This document shows positions 16,536-26,230 of a stretch of DNA of 64,000 nucleotides, one piece after another. The position numbers and the translations under genes were made by a program. The notes under the pieces are model-generated. The model saw nothing but the letters and a program-made list of their open reading frames with translations. It made no database searches and was not told where the DNA came from. This stretch comes from Vampirovibrionales bacterium (lineage in GTDB: Bacteria; Cyanobacteriota; Vampirovibrionia; Vampirovibrionales; JAJTHC01): the NCBI GenBank assembly GCA_046341215.1, contig JBKDRU010000010.1, positions 12,983 through 76,982 of the forward strand, read 5' to 3'. Numbering within the stretch: position 1 is the stretch's first letter; each line of letters opens with the position of its first letter.

Positions 16536-17669
16536 TTATTTTTTGTCATAATCAAAGTAAAAATCAATGACCACAGACTGCCCTCGATAGCCCGCTGGCA
16601 ATGGTGGAAACGTTGTTGCGGTAATCGCTGAAGACGCCAATTGTTCAAATAATGCATTGCCACTAGAGCGTTTGAGTCGATAGTTGACCAATGCCCCTGT
16701 GCGTGAAATGGTTAGGGTGTATTCAGATGTGAGTGAGCTTAACTCTAAGGAGGGGCGCCAATTACGGTAAATACGGCGTTGCACGTTTGAAATATAAGGC
16801 GACATATCGACATCCACCACAGCGTCCACGCCTGCAAGTCCACCGCCTCCGCCGTTCTGCCCTTTGGAACTAAACTTGCCGTTGCCTCCTGCTCCTTTAA
16901 CGCTTGTGGCAGTAGCTACTTGGTTACGATCGCCGTTGCCTGTTTGGGCGGATTTAATGCGTGTTGCGGTGCCGGTGCCTTTACCACCCGAGGTAGAACT
17001 AGGTTTGGTCAATGGCGCTAAATCATCATCGCCTTGCCCGGCTGGGCTTTTCGATTGTGGGCTGCCGCCTCCGCCTGCCGTTGTTGCCGTCGCTTTTTTT
17101 ACGCCAATCGGACGCTTTTTAGCGGGAGCCTCAATCTGCCACCAAGGCTTTTGGCTTTTGGCAGGTTTTTGAGCTTTAGGGGCGGATTCTTGCGTCGGCG
17201 TGGGGGCTTTAGAACCTTGCCGTTGAGCGGATTGAGCGACTGAAGGACGTCCACCTGAAGATTGTGTGGCTTCACGCTTGTTTTGGCTGTTTGTTTTGGC
17301 GCCTCCACTGCGAGAGGCGACTTTGGCTCGGTTGCGTGTTTGTAGATTGCGTGGCGTTTCAGGCTTGGTATTGTTGACGATGACAAACTCAATGGGGGTT
17401 TGCTTGTCTATGGCGAGTTCAGGTGGGGTGACTTCATTGAAGTTCAAGCCTAAAAGACTGCTCACTGTTAAAAAACACAGGAGTAATAAGACTAAGCCCA
17501 CGTGACTTAAGGCGGAACGACCTAGATTTTCAGCATTTAAGGTGGCGTCTTTTTTGGCTTGAGACACGTCATCCAAAACAGCTTGTAAGTAATCAGGTAG
17601 GGGAGCCAAACTGGCGGAACTTCCATTGAAAAATGGGTTGTAGTTTTCATAGGCAGAGCGAGACATCAT
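16536..17669 (-). CDS. TonB-family-like protein (N-terminal TM, Pro/Lys/Gly-rich linker, TonB_C-like end)
   Basis: TM segment HVGLVLLLLCFLTVSSLLGL. Linker rich in KPxK/GG. C-terminal ~90 aa (YISNVQRRIYRNWRP...YTLTISRTGALVNYRLKRSSGNALFEQLASSAI...PLP) resembles the TonB C-terminal domain. Confidence 0.5.
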   Translation of the reverse strand: MMSRSAYENYNPFFNGSSASLAPLPDYLQAVLDDVSQAKKDATLNAENLGRSALSHVGLVLLLLCFLTVSSLLGLNFNEVTPPELAIDKQTPIEFVIVNNTKPETPRNLQTRNRAKVASRSGGAKTNSQNKREATQSSGGRPSVAQSAQRQGSKAPTPTQESAPKAQKPAKSQKPWWQIEAPAKKRPIGVKKATATTAGGGGSPQSKSPAGQGDDDLAPLTKPSSTSGGKGTGTATRIKSAQTGNGDRNQVATATSVKGAGGNGKFSSKGQNGGGGGLAGVDAVVDVDMSPYISNVQRRIYRNWRPSLELSSLTSEYTLTISRTGALVNYRLKRSSGNALFEQLASSAITATTFPPLPAGYRGQSVVIDFYFDYDKK

Positions 17670-17822
17670 ACAATTCCCTTTAATTTTCCTTTAAAATATA
17701 TGTTTTATTGTAGCACATTTTCCGTATGTAACAAAGGTAACACATTTAAACGACCTGTTTAAAGTTATCCGCAGTTTAACCGAAGTCGTCTTTAGGTTTT
17801 TTTATGCAAGTGGAGTGTCCTT

Positions 17823-18506
17823 ATGAAATTAAAGTCCTTTCAAAATGCTTATAACATGACTGAAATCTTGGTGTCTCTCTTAATTTTAGGGGTTTTGATT
17901 GCCATGAGTTTTCAGTTGCTGAATCCCAATAAATCAGACACCGTGTTAGGGCGTAAAGTCGATACCTATTTAGAACACTTGGGATCTGTTCACAAACGAA
18001 TCGTTTCCACATACGGCGTAACGCCTTTAAACGTCGATTTAGATGGGGATGGTTGTGCCACCGAAGAACAGACTAACTTCAGGACCGGTGTGCCGAACTT
18101 TGTGCGAAGTTTTGATTCCGTCGCCAGCTTTAGGCAAGATGTCGTTCCTAATACCGTTAACGGTAGAGCCACTTTCTTACAGTACCCTAGTAACATTCGA
18201 GTTTGGCTGTACCCTGAAGAGTTTACATGGATGCAAGCTACCATTGCTGAATTTGAAGGTTTGGGCTATAACCGTCGTGAGTTTATGATTGTTGAAGCCG
18301 TCCCCGGTGGCACCATGACAGGTTTGCCTAAGGTTTCTGAAACAGGGGAGGCTAAAGTCCTTAATTCGGATGTGGTGTTGATTCACATTGACGATCAAAC
18401 AGGTAAGATCGAAACGGTTGCTGATTTGGCTACCAAGCATTGGGGATCTGATCAACGTAAATACGTCCGAACCTTTTATGATCGTTATAAAGACAGTATA
18501 AACTAA
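17823..18506 (+). CDS. prepilin-type N-terminal domain protein (pseudopilin)
   Basis: MKLKSFQNA|YNMTEILVSLLILGVLIAMSF. Glu at +5 if cleaved after Ala, followed by a hydrophobic helix. Confidence 0.65.
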   Translation: MKLKSFQNAYNMTEILVSLLILGVLIAMSFQLLNPNKSDTVLGRKVDTYLEHLGSVHKRIVSTYGVTPLNVDLDGDGCATEEQTNFRTGVPNFVRSFDSVASFRQDVVPNTVNGRATFLQYPSNIRVWLYPEEFTWMQATIAEFEGLGYNRREFMIVEAVPGGTMTGLPKVSETGEAKVLNSDVVLIHIDDQTGKIETVADLATKHWGSDQRKYVRTFYDRYKDSIN

Positions 18507-18564
18507 AGCGTCTAGCTCCACACGATAGACGACTTACAGAACGTGCTTAAAGGATTATTTAGTC

Positions 18565-19791
18565 ATGCGTCACAGCTTTAAAAGTCGATTTTCACACAAA
18601 CAATACGGCTTTAATTTAATTGAAGTGGCATTGGCACTCACCTTTTTTGGAATCTCTTTTTCAGCCCTACTGTTGGGTGTTCAAAGCATTATTACCGCTA
18701 ATTTAGAAGCATCTCAAGTGCATGCGGAAAATACTGCTGCCAATGAAGTGTTAAATAGAATCGATTTTTACCGTTTGGATGTTGAGGCTCGTAACGATAT
18801 TTCTCCCACCAGGCAACAAATCATCATTGCCAGTGATGGTAATGCGGCTAATTCCAAAAAATTGTATTTTGACCTAAATGTCTATTCAGAACCCAATTTC
18901 CCCGATATTAAAATTGCAGACCTCACCTTCTATAAGCGTCTCAATACCAATCAGGTGTATCGACGTTTTCAACGTAAAATGAATCTCAATAACGAATGCC
19001 ACAATTACGGTGCTACGGCAGTCATTCGTTATAACGGAATGTCTTGTATCCCTGTTCCAGCAGCGACGGCGGCTACTTATGCAGGTGTTGCCACCACGAC
19101 TTCAGCAGCGAATCGGGCCTTTAGTTCTGCTACGGCTTATACGGGTAGTGGGGGAACTATGCCAGCCCAGCAAAATAATTTAGCGCTTTATAATCCTGAA
19201 AACGACAACGTGTGGGGGGGCATTGTAACCCCTACGGATATTGATGTAGCGGGCATGTTTGATTATGACGTCGTTGGTGCTGTTGGAGGTGGAGGCATCT
19301 TGCCTGTTTCTTTGAACCCACTTTTCAATACAGGCTTAGTTTTCGATCGTGCTAATCAAGAACCTAATGCTTCTCCCTACCCAAGAGCCAATGCTCGTTT
19401 GGTGATGCCTGTGTCTTCAGACACGATTAACACCAACATTAACAATTCTTCGTTTCGTTATAGCTTGGAGTTTGGGGTATTTTTAACCAGTGCAAACGCC
19501 ATTTTAAGGGTTTACCCGATCGCTTCTAATGTGCAAGAACTCACCAATGGCAGTAATTTTATGGAATACAGGGCTGAAAATGCCAATCGCCAACTTAACG
19601 TGCGGATTGACAATCTACGGCCTACCCATGACAACTTTACGGATCGTCCGATTATTGGAGTGGCTTTATTGGTCTTGAACCAGGCGGTAGGCACCACTAC
19701 AAATGGTGTAACGACCCCAGGAGCCATTACCCAAAACTCTGAAAATGTGGTGGTAACACATATGATTAAGCGCCTTTATACGGAAACTTAA
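18565..19791 (+). CDS. large minor-pseudopilin-like protein (prepilin-type N-terminus)
   Basis: ...HKQYG|FNLIEVALALTFFGISFSALLLG is a canonical G|FxLIE site. The 408-aa protein has a large Ala/Thr/Asn-rich C-terminal domain. Confidence 0.6.
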   Translation: MRHSFKSRFSHKQYGFNLIEVALALTFFGISFSALLLGVQSIITANLEASQVHAENTAANEVLNRIDFYRLDVEARNDISPTRQQIIIASDGNAANSKKLYFDLNVYSEPNFPDIKIADLTFYKRLNTNQVYRRFQRKMNLNNECHNYGATAVIRYNGMSCIPVPAATAATYAGVATTTSAANRAFSSATAYTGSGGTMPAQQNNLALYNPENDNVWGGIVTPTDIDVAGMFDYDVVGAVGGGGILPVSLNPLFNTGLVFDRANQEPNASPYPRANARLVMPVSSDTINTNINNSSFRYSLEFGVFLTSANAILRVYPIASNVQELTNGSNFMEYRAENANRQLNVRIDNLRPTHDNFTDRPIIGVALLVLNQAVGTTTNGVTTPGAITQNSENVVVTHMIKRLYTET

Positions 19792-21026
19792 AGTTGGATT
19801 TTACCGGGTTCTACCCATGTAGAAAGGCTTACATCACTGGCTGCAGTGGCAATATCGCCTGAATCTTTCGACTTGCGACGACGGCTCCGCTTCGCTGTGC
19901 CAGCTTCTAGGCTGGCGAGTTCATCAAAGTCCATGCCTGCTAAGGCTTCCCCTGTGGCTTGCATACCGTTACCGCCCAAGCGTTCGATGACTTTTGTTGC
20001 CATGCGTTCCCGTTCGAGTTCTTCACGTAATTGTTCTATTTTGCGTTCCTGCTTACGGAGCAATTCTTGCAAACGCTGAATTTCACTTTGTTCAAGCTTC
20101 AATTCTTCGGCTTTGGCTTCAATTTTCTTTGCCAAATGGCCCATTACCGCTTCAAGGGATTTGTCGGTAGCTGGGCTAAAGGTCATACCAGCGTCAGGGG
20201 TCGCACCAGCGTGCTTGCAATAGCGTTTACGCACTTTAATACGAGTCGTTTTGCCTTTGGCGTAGTAGAAGAACTCACCGGGTTGCAGGCTTTTAATATC
20301 TTGAAAGCTAATACCTGCTTCCGTTAAAAAGGGCTTAATCGCTTTATAATCGAGTTCAGAGGTAATGCCTCCAAACCAAAAACGGTTGCATTGAGACAAA
20401 ATATCCTTACTCAAACTGGCAGGACGCTGGGTTGCCCAAAGGCTATCTAAGGCTCGCTTACGTCCGCGCTTGGCAATGCGTTGAGAGACTGTAATCGCAT
20501 CAAGACCCTTGTTTTTCTTTTTGGCTGCTCCGCCCCCTCCGTTTTGTGGGGCATAAATTTGAGCTTCTTCCACCACGAGTCGGACTTTACGGCGGTATTT
20601 TTGTGCCAAGCGAAACAAGGCATCGCCAATAAGCGCGTAATAATCTTGCTGTTCGGTGTCGATAAAATCCGACAAATCAAAAATGGTGGAAAGCCCTGTG
20701 GTAATCATGGCTTCAATATAAAGTTCAACGCCTGCAGGATCAAACGGAACGTGGGCGTGTTCTCCGCCAATAATTAAGCAAGGATACTTTTCTGCCAGTG
20801 TGAAATGCTCCCCTTCTGGGTCAATTATACAGACGAGTGTCCCGTTTTCGAGTGTTTCTTCAAGTAAGACCCCTGTTAAGTATGATTTTCCCATGCCTGA
20901 AGACGCCAAAATAGCATCTCGTTCCCCTGTGGAAAGAAAGTCTGCCAAAGGAACTGAAAAGTTTTTAGACACTTGCAAAACTTTAGGTTTGCTTGCCGCA
21001 ATGGTTTTTTGAAGAAATTTAAACAT
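19788..21026 (-). CDS. HerA/FtsK-superfamily (DUF87-like) P-loop ATPase with C-terminal coiled coil and basic tail
   Basis: Walker A AILASSGMGKSY followed by VCIIDPEGEH. Walker B RLVVEEAQIYAP. RGRKRALDSLWATQRPASLSKDILSQCN matches the HerA signature region. The C-terminus AEELKLEQSEIQRLQELLRKQERKIEQLREELERER has heptad character. Confidence 0.6.
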   Translation of the reverse strand: MFKFLQKTIAASKPKVLQVSKNFSVPLADFLSTGERDAILASSGMGKSYLTGVLLEETLENGTLVCIIDPEGEHFTLAEKYPCLIIGGEHAHVPFDPAGVELYIEAMITTGLSTIFDLSDFIDTEQQDYYALIGDALFRLAQKYRRKVRLVVEEAQIYAPQNGGGGAAKKKNKGLDAITVSQRIAKRGRKRALDSLWATQRPASLSKDILSQCNRFWFGGITSELDYKAIKPFLTEAGISFQDIKSLQPGEFFYYAKGKTTRIKVRKRYCKHAGATPDAGMTFSPATDKSLEAVMGHLAKKIEAKAEELKLEQSEIQRLQELLRKQERKIEQLREELERERMATKVIERLGGNGMQATGEALAGMDFDELASLEAGTAKRSRRRKSKDSGDIATAASDVSLSTWVEPGKIQL

Positions 21027-21080
21027 GTCGTTATTATAGCATCATCTCTATGACTTGGAAAGCTATAGGACTTCCGTACC

Positions 21081-23117
21081 TCAATTTTTATATGAAAAAA
21101 AGTTCGCTACTGCGTCAATCGTTTCGGTGACGCTCATTTTCGGCAAGCTGGTTAGAATCGTCCGACCGTAACCTTTAGTCCTCAAGCGAGTATCCAACAA
21201 GGCAATCACCCCACGATCGTCTGTGGTTCGCAGTAAACGTCCGATGCCCTGCTTCAACTTGATAATCGCATTCGGCACGACGTATCCGCCAAACCAATCC
21301 GTGCCACGAGCCTTCAACCGCTCGACGACGGCTTGATGAATCGGCTCATCAGGCGGACTAAACGGCAGACGGTCAATAATCACCAGTGACAATTGCTCAC
21401 CAGGTATATCGATGCCTTCCCAAAAGGTGTAGGTGCCTAGTAAAACAGGGGATTTGGTTTCCTTAAACCACTCAATCAAGCGATGCCGTGGGAAATCGCC
21501 TTGCTTGCGAATCGGAAACAGGGTACGCATACTGAGTTCCAACGCCATTTTATCCATCGCCGTATGGCTGGTGAATAAAATAAACGCCCGCCCTCGACTC
21601 GCCTCCAAAAGAGCCACCATTTCTTCCGCCAAGGCTTGCCAATAGCCATCCCCTTGGGGCGTTTCAGGAATACGATCGCTTGGCGGAATATAGCACAACA
21701 TTTTTTCTTGCGTCTTAAAAGCGGACGGCAAAATCAACTCATCCGTGTGGATGTCGATCGCCTGCCCGTCTTCATCAAAGGTAATGCCTTCTAAGCCAAA
21801 GGCGTTTTTGAAATACTGCAAGCGTTGACGCACCGAAAGCGTCGCACTGGTGAGTATGCCTAGTTTTTTAGACCATACCTGTTGACGCAAAATGTTATCC
21901 ACATCCAAGGGGGTTGAAATGAGCTGAAAGTTCAGGCGTTCGTGATCTAACTCCGCCCAATTCACCCGTTCCACGCCACTGCTTTCATGCGATTCATGGA
22001 CGAAAAAGCCCCATGCTTCCACCAAGTTTTTCAACTGCTCTTTGATTTTAGCGTGTTGTTGCTCTTTGGCTTGCTGCTTTTTAAGCTCACTGGGAAAATC
22101 GGGTAGGCTCGGCACATCAATATCTTCCACCCATTGTAAGACGCTTTTCAAAACATCACGAATCTGCAACGTGGTTTCGTCGAGATCGGCATCAGGATAC
22201 AGGCGTATGGTGTGTTGATGCTTGGCTTTTTGAAGCAACTGGTGCATCAACGACGATTCGGCTTCTTTCAATTGCCAAATCAGATCATCAGGCAGGGGCA
22301 GTAAATGCTTGTTGATTTTGCCCAACAATTGTTGTGAACGATACCGCCCAATGCGGGCCGAAAACGCATTGAGCGCATAGCTAATAAGGCTATGCGCTTC
22401 ATCAAAGACCACGACTTCATGCGGAGGCAACAGACCTCCGCCACTGATGACATCTTGGCAATACAAGGCGTGATTTGTGATAATCACATCCGCCTTGTCG
22501 ACGGCTTCACGAGCTTGGCGATACGGATTTTGATCGTAAAAACGGCATTGCCAGCCTAGGCAATCTTCGGCATCGCTGGCGACTTCTTTCCAAATCTTAT
22601 TCGACATTTCATTGTCTAGCTCCGCCCGATCGCCTTCCCAGCCTTCATACATGGCGGAACGCAATTGCTGAAACGACAAACGAGCCTGCTTGATTTCCAT
22701 GTGTTCACGAGGCTTTGCGGTGCCGAGACCCTCTTCGGCTTCTTCCAACTTGTGGATGCATAGGTAATTGCCACGCCCTTTCACCAAGCGAACCTTCAGT
22801 TTTTTTTCGTCGCCGTACATGAGTTTGGCGAGAGCTGGCACATCTTTGTGCAAGAGTTGCTCTTGCAGGGCGATGCTAGCTGTTGAAATCACAATCGGAC
22901 GCTTGGGGCTTAGCAAAGCAGGCAATAAGTAGCCAAAGGATTTACCCGCCCCTGTCCCAGCTTCCGCCATAAGGTGATGCCCTTGCTGTAAGGCGTTTTC
23001 GACCGCTTGCATCATGCGGATTTGAATGGGGCGAACTTCGTAATCGTCCCACGACTCAAGCATTCCCACAAAGTCGGTGGAAGTCGAGTTTTCTTCTGTA
23101 GGGAGCGTGCTTGTCAT
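21081..23117 (-). CDS. dinG: ATP-dependent DNA helicase, DinG/Rad3 (XPD) family
   Basis: Walker A AEAGTGAGKSFGYLLPAL, DEAH box VVVFDEAHSL, a Cys-containing insert (YLCIH...DCLGWQCRFYD), and C-terminal motifs GTYTFWEGIDIPG and GIGRLLRTTDDRG. Confidence 0.8.
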   Translation of the reverse strand: MTSTLPTEENSTSTDFVGMLESWDDYEVRPIQIRMMQAVENALQQGHHLMAEAGTGAGKSFGYLLPALLSPKRPIVISTASIALQEQLLHKDVPALAKLMYGDEKKLKVRLVKGRGNYLCIHKLEEAEEGLGTAKPREHMEIKQARLSFQQLRSAMYEGWEGDRAELDNEMSNKIWKEVASDAEDCLGWQCRFYDQNPYRQAREAVDKADVIITNHALYCQDVISGGGLLPPHEVVVFDEAHSLISYALNAFSARIGRYRSQQLLGKINKHLLPLPDDLIWQLKEAESSLMHQLLQKAKHQHTIRLYPDADLDETTLQIRDVLKSVLQWVEDIDVPSLPDFPSELKKQQAKEQQHAKIKEQLKNLVEAWGFFVHESHESSGVERVNWAELDHERLNFQLISTPLDVDNILRQQVWSKKLGILTSATLSVRQRLQYFKNAFGLEGITFDEDGQAIDIHTDELILPSAFKTQEKMLCYIPPSDRIPETPQGDGYWQALAEEMVALLEASRGRAFILFTSHTAMDKMALELSMRTLFPIRKQGDFPRHRLIEWFKETKSPVLLGTYTFWEGIDIPGEQLSLVIIDRLPFSPPDEPIHQAVVERLKARGTDWFGGYVVPNAIIKLKQGIGRLLRTTDDRGVIALLDTRLRTKGYGRTILTSLPKMSVTETIDAVANFFSYKN

Positions 23118-23183
23118 GGCGGAGGATACCTTATTATAGGTGAGGGTATGCCTAGTTTAGCATGAAGAAAATAGAGGCAGCCT

Positions 23184-24095
23184 CTACTCAAACAAACCCG
23201 CCTCACTTTGTCGTTGACGCATCCGCAAGCGAGCGGTGGATTCAGGCGTGAGTGAGTCTACGCAATGCAAGCAAGACACACCCTTTTCAAAGGATGCTAG
23301 CGTACGGTCGGCTGGCTTCAAAGGCCATCCGCAATTAAAGCACATTTCGTAACCCTCTTCGGCCAAGCCATGCCCCACGGCGACACGACGGTCAAAGACA
23401 AAGCACGCCCCGTCCCACAAGCTTTCTTCTGGGGGAATCTCTTCCAGATATTTGAGAATGCCTCCCTTGAGGTGATACACCGTTTCAAAGCCTTGATTGA
23501 GCATAAAGCTCGACGCCTTTTCGCAACGAATGCCCCCTGTGCAGAACATGGCGACTTTCTTCGTTTGCGTGGGGTCCAACTGATTTTCCACATAAGGCAC
23601 GAATTCTGTAAAGGCATCAATATGTGGATTAACGGCATTTTTAAAGGTGCCAATCGTCATTTCATACTCATTGCGAGTGTCCAGCACCAAAACATCAGGA
23701 TCTTCCAATAGAGCGTTCCAGTCTTTTGGCTCCACATAGGTGCCGACCACTTCCGCAGGCGTGGCTTTGGGCGTTCGCATGGTCACGATTTCTTTTTTAA
23801 TCTGCACTTTCATGCGTCGAAAAGGCTTTCCTTCAGCGTAAGAACTTTTGACTTCGCCTTGACTCACACCGAAAAGGGTTTCTAAATCTTCTAAAATAGC
23901 AGCCATGGCGGATTCAGTCCCTGCAATCGTTCCGTTAATGCCTTCAGACGCCAGCAGTAAAGTCCCACAAAGCTGGAGTTCATCACAGCGAGCTTGCAGG
24001 CTTGCCTTAAGGGCATCCAAGTTTTCAAGTGTTACAAATCGATATAATGCCAGCACCTTCCACGCTGGGAACGATTCGATTAAGTTAGCACTCAT
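23184..24095 (-). CDS. trhO: rhodanese-domain protein, TrhO/YceA (UPF0176) family tRNA U34 hydroxylase-like
   Basis: VLALYRF... N-terminal domain, a rhodanese loop FCTGGIRCEKAS, and a C-terminal Cys cluster CFNCGW...CLHC. Confidence 0.8.
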   Translation of the reverse strand: MSANLIESFPAWKVLALYRFVTLENLDALKASLQARCDELQLCGTLLLASEGINGTIAGTESAMAAILEDLETLFGVSQGEVKSSYAEGKPFRRMKVQIKKEIVTMRTPKATPAEVVGTYVEPKDWNALLEDPDVLVLDTRNEYEMTIGTFKNAVNPHIDAFTEFVPYVENQLDPTQTKKVAMFCTGGIRCEKASSFMLNQGFETVYHLKGGILKYLEEIPPEESLWDGACFVFDRRVAVGHGLAEEGYEMCFNCGWPLKPADRTLASFEKGVSCLHCVDSLTPESTARLRMRQRQSEAGLFE

Positions 24096-24308
24096 TATTT
24101 TAACCCTTCTATAGAAGAAAACGTTTTTATTCTATAGGAAACAAAGATTTTTGTCTTGTGCGAAAGCGGATTTCGTCCCCTTGAAAGGTGAAATCAAGGG
24201 CGGATTGAAACCTTCTTTGTTTGCGTTCATTCTTTTTGTGTTAGAATTAAACTGTGTATACTATTTTTCGAGGGAACCTCATTGCAACAGATTGAAAATG
24301 CCTCCTAT

Positions 24309-26216
24309 ATGCGAAGGATTATCCCCTATTTAAATGGGTATAGTGCTTTTGTAATGGCATTTCTTCTGGTGGCTTGTCTTTTTTCTCCTTCGCTTGTTCT
24401 GGCCCAAACGACGGTGACCGAGATTCAAAAAACCCTCAATGAAGGCTCTTCGGTTGAAGGGGGCATCCCTAATTACGACAAATCCATTACGGTTCACCAT
24501 GTTTACATTGAAGGTAATACGCTGGTCGATACTGCTCGCCTGCGTAATGTGATGACCCTACGCCCTGGTGTCGTCTACAGTAAAACGGCTTTACAAACCG
24601 ATTTAAAACGTATTTATGAACTAGGCTACTTCACGGAACAAATGAAGGCGGTACCTAAAGCCACAAAAGACGGCATTGTGATTTACATCACACTAGAAGA
24701 AAATTCGCCTGTTACAGGCATTGATATTAAAGGGAATCAAGCCTTTACAGATGCTGATATTGAAAAAGTTTTTGCTGATCAAATCGGTTTGCCTCAAAAC
24801 ATTGAAGCCCTAAATGCAGGCATCGCGGAGCTAGAAAAAAAGTATGTCACAGATGGCTACATTTTGGCGAAAGTCGTCGACATTAGCGACACCCCTGAAG
24901 GCACGCTTGTGTTAAAAGTCGATGAAGGTGTGATTGACAGTATTAAAGTGGTGGGTAATCGTAAAACCAAAGACTTTGTGGTAACCAAAAACTTGGTGCT
25001 TAAAACAGGCGACGTTTATAACGACACCACCATGAACGATGACTTAAAGCGTCTATTTTCTTTGCAGGCCTTTGATGATGTGCGTCGTGTGTTGACGCCT
25101 AGTGCGAAACACCCTGAAAAGTATGACTTGGTCGTTGAAGTGGATGAAAAACGATCGGGTGCTTTTTCGTTAGGTGGTGGGATCGATACCGTCACAGGTT
25201 TCTTTGGATCTGTTGGCTATAGTGACCCCAACTTTTTAGGGCGTGGTGAAAACCTCACTACGCAAATTGGGGTGGGTTCAGGCGTTATCGGCCGGGATAC
25301 TCGCACCCAAGCAAGAACCCCGACCTATCAAATTGATTTGGGTTGGTCGACGCCCTATTTGGCAGGTACGGACAATGCCTTCAGCGTCAACCTGTTTGGG
25401 CGTGATTTACAGAGTTTCAACATCCCACTTGCTTTAGAGCGTCGCATCGGTGGGGGAGCCACCATTTCTAGAGCCATTCAACGCTATAACAACGTTTCTG
25501 CAAGTTTGGGTCTAAAAGTTGAAAATGTCGCCTTGCGTGAAGGCGGTAGTGACTCTAATTTGGCCTTTTTTAATATTAGCCCCACTGAACGAGCCAGAGA
25601 ACTTTCACAAGGCGGAACCTTTGTTAGCTTAGGCCCCACGATTGCCTTTGACAACCGCAACAACCGTTATGATCCTACATCAGGCTGGTTTAACACGGCT
25701 TCCGTTGGTGGAACCTTGGGCTTAGGAGCCGACAGTTACGGTACGGCAAGCGTCAATTTACGTAAGTACATTCAACTTAATAAGACCTTGTCTTTGGCGT
25801 GGAACGGACAGTTGTCTTCGTCCTTATTTAACGATATTCCCGACTTTAACGCCTTTCGTCTAGGGGGACCTTTTACTGTTCGAGGTTACCAAGAAGGTGG
25901 TTTGGGTATTGGCTCAGGGCAAGCGATTACCAGTCTTGAACTGCGTTCCAAGTTCCCACTTTGGGGCAAACTGAAGGATATCGCTTTCCTAGAAACCCTA
26001 CGCGTTGTGGGCTTTATGGATGCGGGTACCTTGTTTAATGAAAGTCAAGTCAATACCTTGTTTGCTCGTAATGGCAATGGGGCTTCGATTGGTGCGGGCG
26101 TTCGCTTGACTGTTCCAGGCGTAGGTCCTTTACGCTTTGATTACGCCATTCCGCTGGTCACTACGAATAGAGATTACCAGCAGAACTTCAGCTTCGGCGT
26201 GGGACAGAAATTTTAG
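24309..26216 (+). CDS. bamA: Omp85/BamA-family outer membrane protein assembly factor
   Basis: Signal-like segment FVMAFLLVACLFSPSLVLAQ. POTRA-like repeats (VYIEGNTLV..., ITGIDIKGNQAF..., IDSIKVVGNRKTKDFV...). Beta-barrel ending ...NFSFGVGQKF. The ORF-track start at 24282 is a TTG; the in-frame ATG at 24309 is preferred. Confidence 0.8.
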   Translation: MRRIIPYLNGYSAFVMAFLLVACLFSPSLVLAQTTVTEIQKTLNEGSSVEGGIPNYDKSITVHHVYIEGNTLVDTARLRNVMTLRPGVVYSKTALQTDLKRIYELGYFTEQMKAVPKATKDGIVIYITLEENSPVTGIDIKGNQAFTDADIEKVFADQIGLPQNIEALNAGIAELEKKYVTDGYILAKVVDISDTPEGTLVLKVDEGVIDSIKVVGNRKTKDFVVTKNLVLKTGDVYNDTTMNDDLKRLFSLQAFDDVRRVLTPSAKHPEKYDLVVEVDEKRSGAFSLGGGIDTVTGFFGSVGYSDPNFLGRGENLTTQIGVGSGVIGRDTRTQARTPTYQIDLGWSTPYLAGTDNAFSVNLFGRDLQSFNIPLALERRIGGGATISRAIQRYNNVSASLGLKVENVALREGGSDSNLAFFNISPTERARELSQGGTFVSLGPTIAFDNRNNRYDPTSGWFNTASVGGTLGLGADSYGTASVNLRKYIQLNKTLSLAWNGQLSSSLFNDIPDFNAFRLGGPFTVRGYQEGGLGIGSGQAITSLELRSKFPLWGKLKDIAFLETLRVVGFMDAGTLFNESQVNTLFARNGNGASIGAGVRLTVPGVGPLRFDYAIPLVTTNRDYQQNFSFGVGQKF

Positions 26217-26230
26217 GACTGTTTAAGAAA

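Noticed and set aside
16864-17505. Several 69-102-aa ORFs antisense to or out of frame within the TonB-like gene
   Set aside because: They lie in the GC-rich, low-complexity Pro/Gly/Lys linker region, which stays open in multiple frames. No independent signals were found.
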